NCBI GenBank assembly: GCA_051362555.1
Contig: CM120642.1
Span: 1,612,001-1,676,000, forward strand
DNA from: Lingula anatina
Taxonomy: Eukaryota; Animalia; Brachiopoda
Reading direction: 5' to 3'
DNA: 64,000 nucleotides
Shown here: one piece after another, positions 60,455-64,000 of the stretch
Numbering within the stretch: position 1 is the first letter of the stretch
How the letters are laid out: every line of letters starts with the position of its first letter
Made by a program: the position numbers and the translations under genes
Notes under the pieces: model-generated
What the model was told of the DNA's origin: nothing
The model's input: the letters and a program-made list of their open reading frames with translations, nothing else
Database searches by the model: none

Positions 60455-62137
60455 GAGCGCGTCCATGAGAAAGCCAGACAGATCGGTCAGAAGGCGGCAA
60501 GGTGGGGGTCAGCATATTTTAATAATTTTTGGTGTGGTAAACCATCAACATAAAAGATATTGTGAGCCACTGGCTTTCTTATTTTGGATCATTAGTTTTA
60601 GAGATATGGGGGCAGATCTTTTATTGGCAATTTTGCCAAAATATAGCATTTTTTAGCTCTTGAAAAGTTATGATTTTAAATATTCTTTTAAAAACCATGT
60701 ACATCATAAGGAATTATTTAGGTTAGCCACATGATAGGTTAAGGAAAGACCTTTAATACCAAGTACAGATTTTTTGAAAAGGCACTGTCATGACCACACA
60801 AGGTTGATTCTAATAAGTCATGTTTTCCGTATGCTTGACCCCCTCCCCTTCTTTAAATGCACACAACTTCTTTTTTGCAGGTTGTATCCATATAATTTTG
60901 GTATGTGCTGATAGAAAAGGATTGAAAAATAAATTCTGTAAAATAAAATCTGTGTTAAACTTTGTAAAATAAGAACTATAACAATTTTAAAAATGGCCTA
61001 AAAACGAATATTTTTATACTACTTAAATGCTAAACTGTTTCTTCAACTAAATTAATAAGTCAAAACCATGTATAGGTTTGTGAAAAGCCCTTGAAATAAT
61101 TATGTTTGCCCTGCAGACGAACTTATGAAGCGAAAATACATTTTTTAATTTGTTTATGTTGTAGAAACTAAATGTAAAATAACGATGCTAACTCTGTGAC
61201 CTATTTTCAACATGGCGGGTACTAGGATTATCACCGGAGCAACTGTGGAGCAAAGCACATCGTCTTCACAGTGTTAAAACATAAAACTTTCTTAAATTTA
61301 TGAAGAACACGCACTAGAGATGCTTAGGTACATCTCAGAAGGATTGGTGTGCACCAGAATATAACAAGAAATGACCATAGCAGCTGGTCGTCCTTAGAAA
61401 GTGCATTTTTTGGTTGAACCACTTCAGACTTATGACTGTTGTCAGGCTTGGGTCATCGATTTAGCTCTGGATGTTTGTTGTAAGGTAAGTGATCAGTGGT
61501 GGCACACATATACTAGAATCAGATACACTAAAAACTCAAACCAGTTTAAATAATAAGTTTGAATATTATTCAGTAATATAAATAATATTAAGCAAATTTA
61601 AAAGACGTACTGGTATTAACCCATTGTAGCCCTCGTCATCAAAACAAACGGCAGCCATACTGGAGGGAGACCGGAATCGTCTGCTGCGCATGATCATGTC
61701 TGCATGTACAATTTAGCATTTAATTTCTGTGTTTTCTTTGATATTAAACCGAGTAAAATGATGAATTACTGCAGGGTATATGATAGAGAGAAGATAAATA
61801 ACTTAACAAGCGTTCACAGACTGCCTGCAGTGGTAACAATCCAAGGTGTAGGGACGAAAACCGTAAACGGAGGAGAGATTGAGGAGTGGCTTTGAATCAA
61901 GACTCATCGGACAAGTAAAGGATAAAACTAATTTATTTTACAGCAAAGAATGAAGACCCAGCTGTGCAGCCTTTACCATAAAAGAAAAAAATGTAGAAAA
62001 CCAATGACCGAGGTGTATAAGATATGAGCGCATGTACACTGCATATTAGTAGTGCCCAAAAATCTTGGTGGAGAGTGTGTTGTAAAAACGTGTGGAAATA
62101 CCCAGGCAGGGTTTCGACTTTCATTATGAAGACTCAC
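60455..62137. mobile_element. Possible non-autonomous DNA transposon, about 1.7 kb
   Basis: More CpG than flanks; weak inverted ends (taagagcgcgtccatgagaaagcc versus taagtgagtcttcataatgaaagtc on minus); TTAA/TTAT flanks; no transposase seen. Confidence 0.3.
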
Positions 62138-62585
62138 TTATTGCCTTGGGTGTAATTTGTTATCAGTTATGGTGCTCTTTGGATTTTATCTGCTGTCATC
62201 TACCTCTTTAATACCTGGTTAGCATTATTGTCAATTAGTGTCAAGGCTACAGTACAATGTACACAGCTCAGCTGGGCCAATTAAATCAATTACCTGTGTC
62301 ATGTGTATTTGGAAGTTAGTGGCTTGATTTTAGATTTAGTGTAGTGTTAAGAGTAAATCTGTTTTGTAAGTATATATTCTAGCTCAGGTACCATTTAATT
62401 GAATGAACTTATGAAATGAATTTGAAAAATGTTGAATTCTGTGTTTTCCTACTGTATTATGATGCAAGTTACAATATGAATAAAAATAACTATTGTTACC
62501 TTTTTTTGTTAATTTACATTTAGGAAATTGATCTGAAATTTTCCCACCAAGCCACACTGAATGATTGGGTGCAAATAAATCTTGG

Positions 62586-62628
<43 letters not shown>

Positions 62629-64000
62629 TGACAGGTACAAAAGGCAGCTAGATGGCACACAAGGTAGAAGCAGCGAAAAAAATATTCTTACATCTTTGTG
62701 ACCAGCTGAAGAGACAGGATCTGAACATCAGGAGAGTGAAATTCAGTGCATGACAGGAGTTATTTAATTGGATTTGTTTATTTATTTCATTGTTCATTTG
62801 TTGTTTTAAAGTTGTTATCCTGATAGCTTGCATACAACAAGGACAGGTTTTCTATTTATTTAGAATTGTGAGCAGAAGCACAAGAAGAAATGAAAACACT
62901 TTTTTCTTTCTCATATGTTTAAAGGCTAAATGGAAAAGTTTGCAAGAAATATAAAATTTTGTATGGTGCACCTCCCACAGATGGTCTGATATGCAGAAAC
63001 AGATGGCTGTTGTACATGTAGGTTGTCACTGTTGTGCATTTTTAAATTGTGACCACCAGTTGTGGAATTCTCCTAAATAAAATTACAAAGTGCTTAGTAA
63101 CACCATCTAAGGCCTAATATGTACATACCCACACAGCACATATCAATTGTGAGTCTTCAATCAAGCATTTCTCTAGACATAAATTAAAAATATACTAAAC
63201 AGGTTTCTCAAATTATGGTGGCTTGATTCGACTTAATATGCTCATGTACATGTTGCATTGCATCATTAAAAGTATGGAAATATTTTTCATGTCAGTGTTA
63301 TCAACCAAAAGGAAAGGGACCCTGATAATCTGTCATTGAATTGTGCAACAATGTTTTGCATTTCATGTTTACTTTTATCCATACAAAATGTGCATTTTCC
63401 TATATTTTCAATCAAATAAAGATCAATTCATGAACTGACTTGTTGTTATGTTACATTGAATGTCATAAGTTTGAAAAATACATTGCTTCTGTGAAGGTCT
63501 GGACTAATAATAAAATGCTAACAATGTTGCTACTGTGAATGGTTGAATTCATGGTAAAATATTGAACTCTCAAACAACAGTCATGTTACAAATACTTCCT
63601 AATGAACCAAAATGAAGCACAAGAATGCTGAAATAATTTCTGACAGCTTCATGATGTACAGTTAAATCATATCTGACAGCAATATTTCTTGTCACAACCC
63701 TGCATACTCTCTTCTTTGAGTCCGTAAGGTTTGATCCCGATAGTCAGCTCAAATTTCACATTATATCTATCCTTTATGTACAAAGGCTTCTATGAAAGGT
63801 TGAACTTATGATTACACAGTAAACTCTCTAAAGCTATAACTTTTATTACCCAATGAACAAGAAAAATGAAGTACAAGATAACTGAACTAGCTTCTGACAA
63901 CATTCCACGATGTTGGGATACAGGGGTAGGTCAGGATTTCACGTCTTTGGACTGTCTTGAGTTTATATGGGTCGATCACGCTGATCAGCTGAAGTTTTCA

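Noticed and set aside
63866-64000. Plus-strand frame open from an ATG to the window end (MKYKITELAS...)
   Set aside because: Short, no recognisable motif, truncated by the edge; cannot be supported.
1-64000. rRNA, tRNA, hammerhead ribozymes and most short ORFs in the supplied track
   Set aside because: No structural RNA signature was seen by eye (a covariance-model search would be needed to exclude them). The remaining short ORFs are low-complexity, antisense to exons, or lack splice support.

Overview
AT-rich, CpG-poor eukaryotic genomic DNA, probably from an invertebrate such as a mollusc (taxon is inference). It holds the last coding exon of an SLC25A43-like mitochondrial carrier and two tandem + strand SLC6 Na+-coupled amino-acid transporter paralogs. 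Gene A (6593-17551, 15 coding exons, about 770 aa) has a PROT-like substrate site. Gene B (constant exons 47177-57943) has a GlyT2-like site. A weakly supported convergent - strand gene ends near 59-60 kb. Three structures go beyond ordinary annotation. (1) The 29-kb gap between the paralogs holds six short ATG-initiated exons that all end in phase 0 and fit gene B's phase-0 acceptor, which suggests a variable-first-exon array; gene B also has a modular set of alternative C-termini. (2) Both paralogs carry a tandem array of the splice acceptor plus the first 45-46 nt of the same TM7 exon (6 x 67/68 bp and 7 x 88 bp), and every upstream copy leads to a premature stop. (3) Gene B has two substitutions at the canonical chloride site. 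There is also a 5'-truncated Dong/R4-type retrotransposon in a (TAA)n tract, several MITEs and minisatellites. All gene models were read by eye from splice signals and phase, with no transcript evidence.
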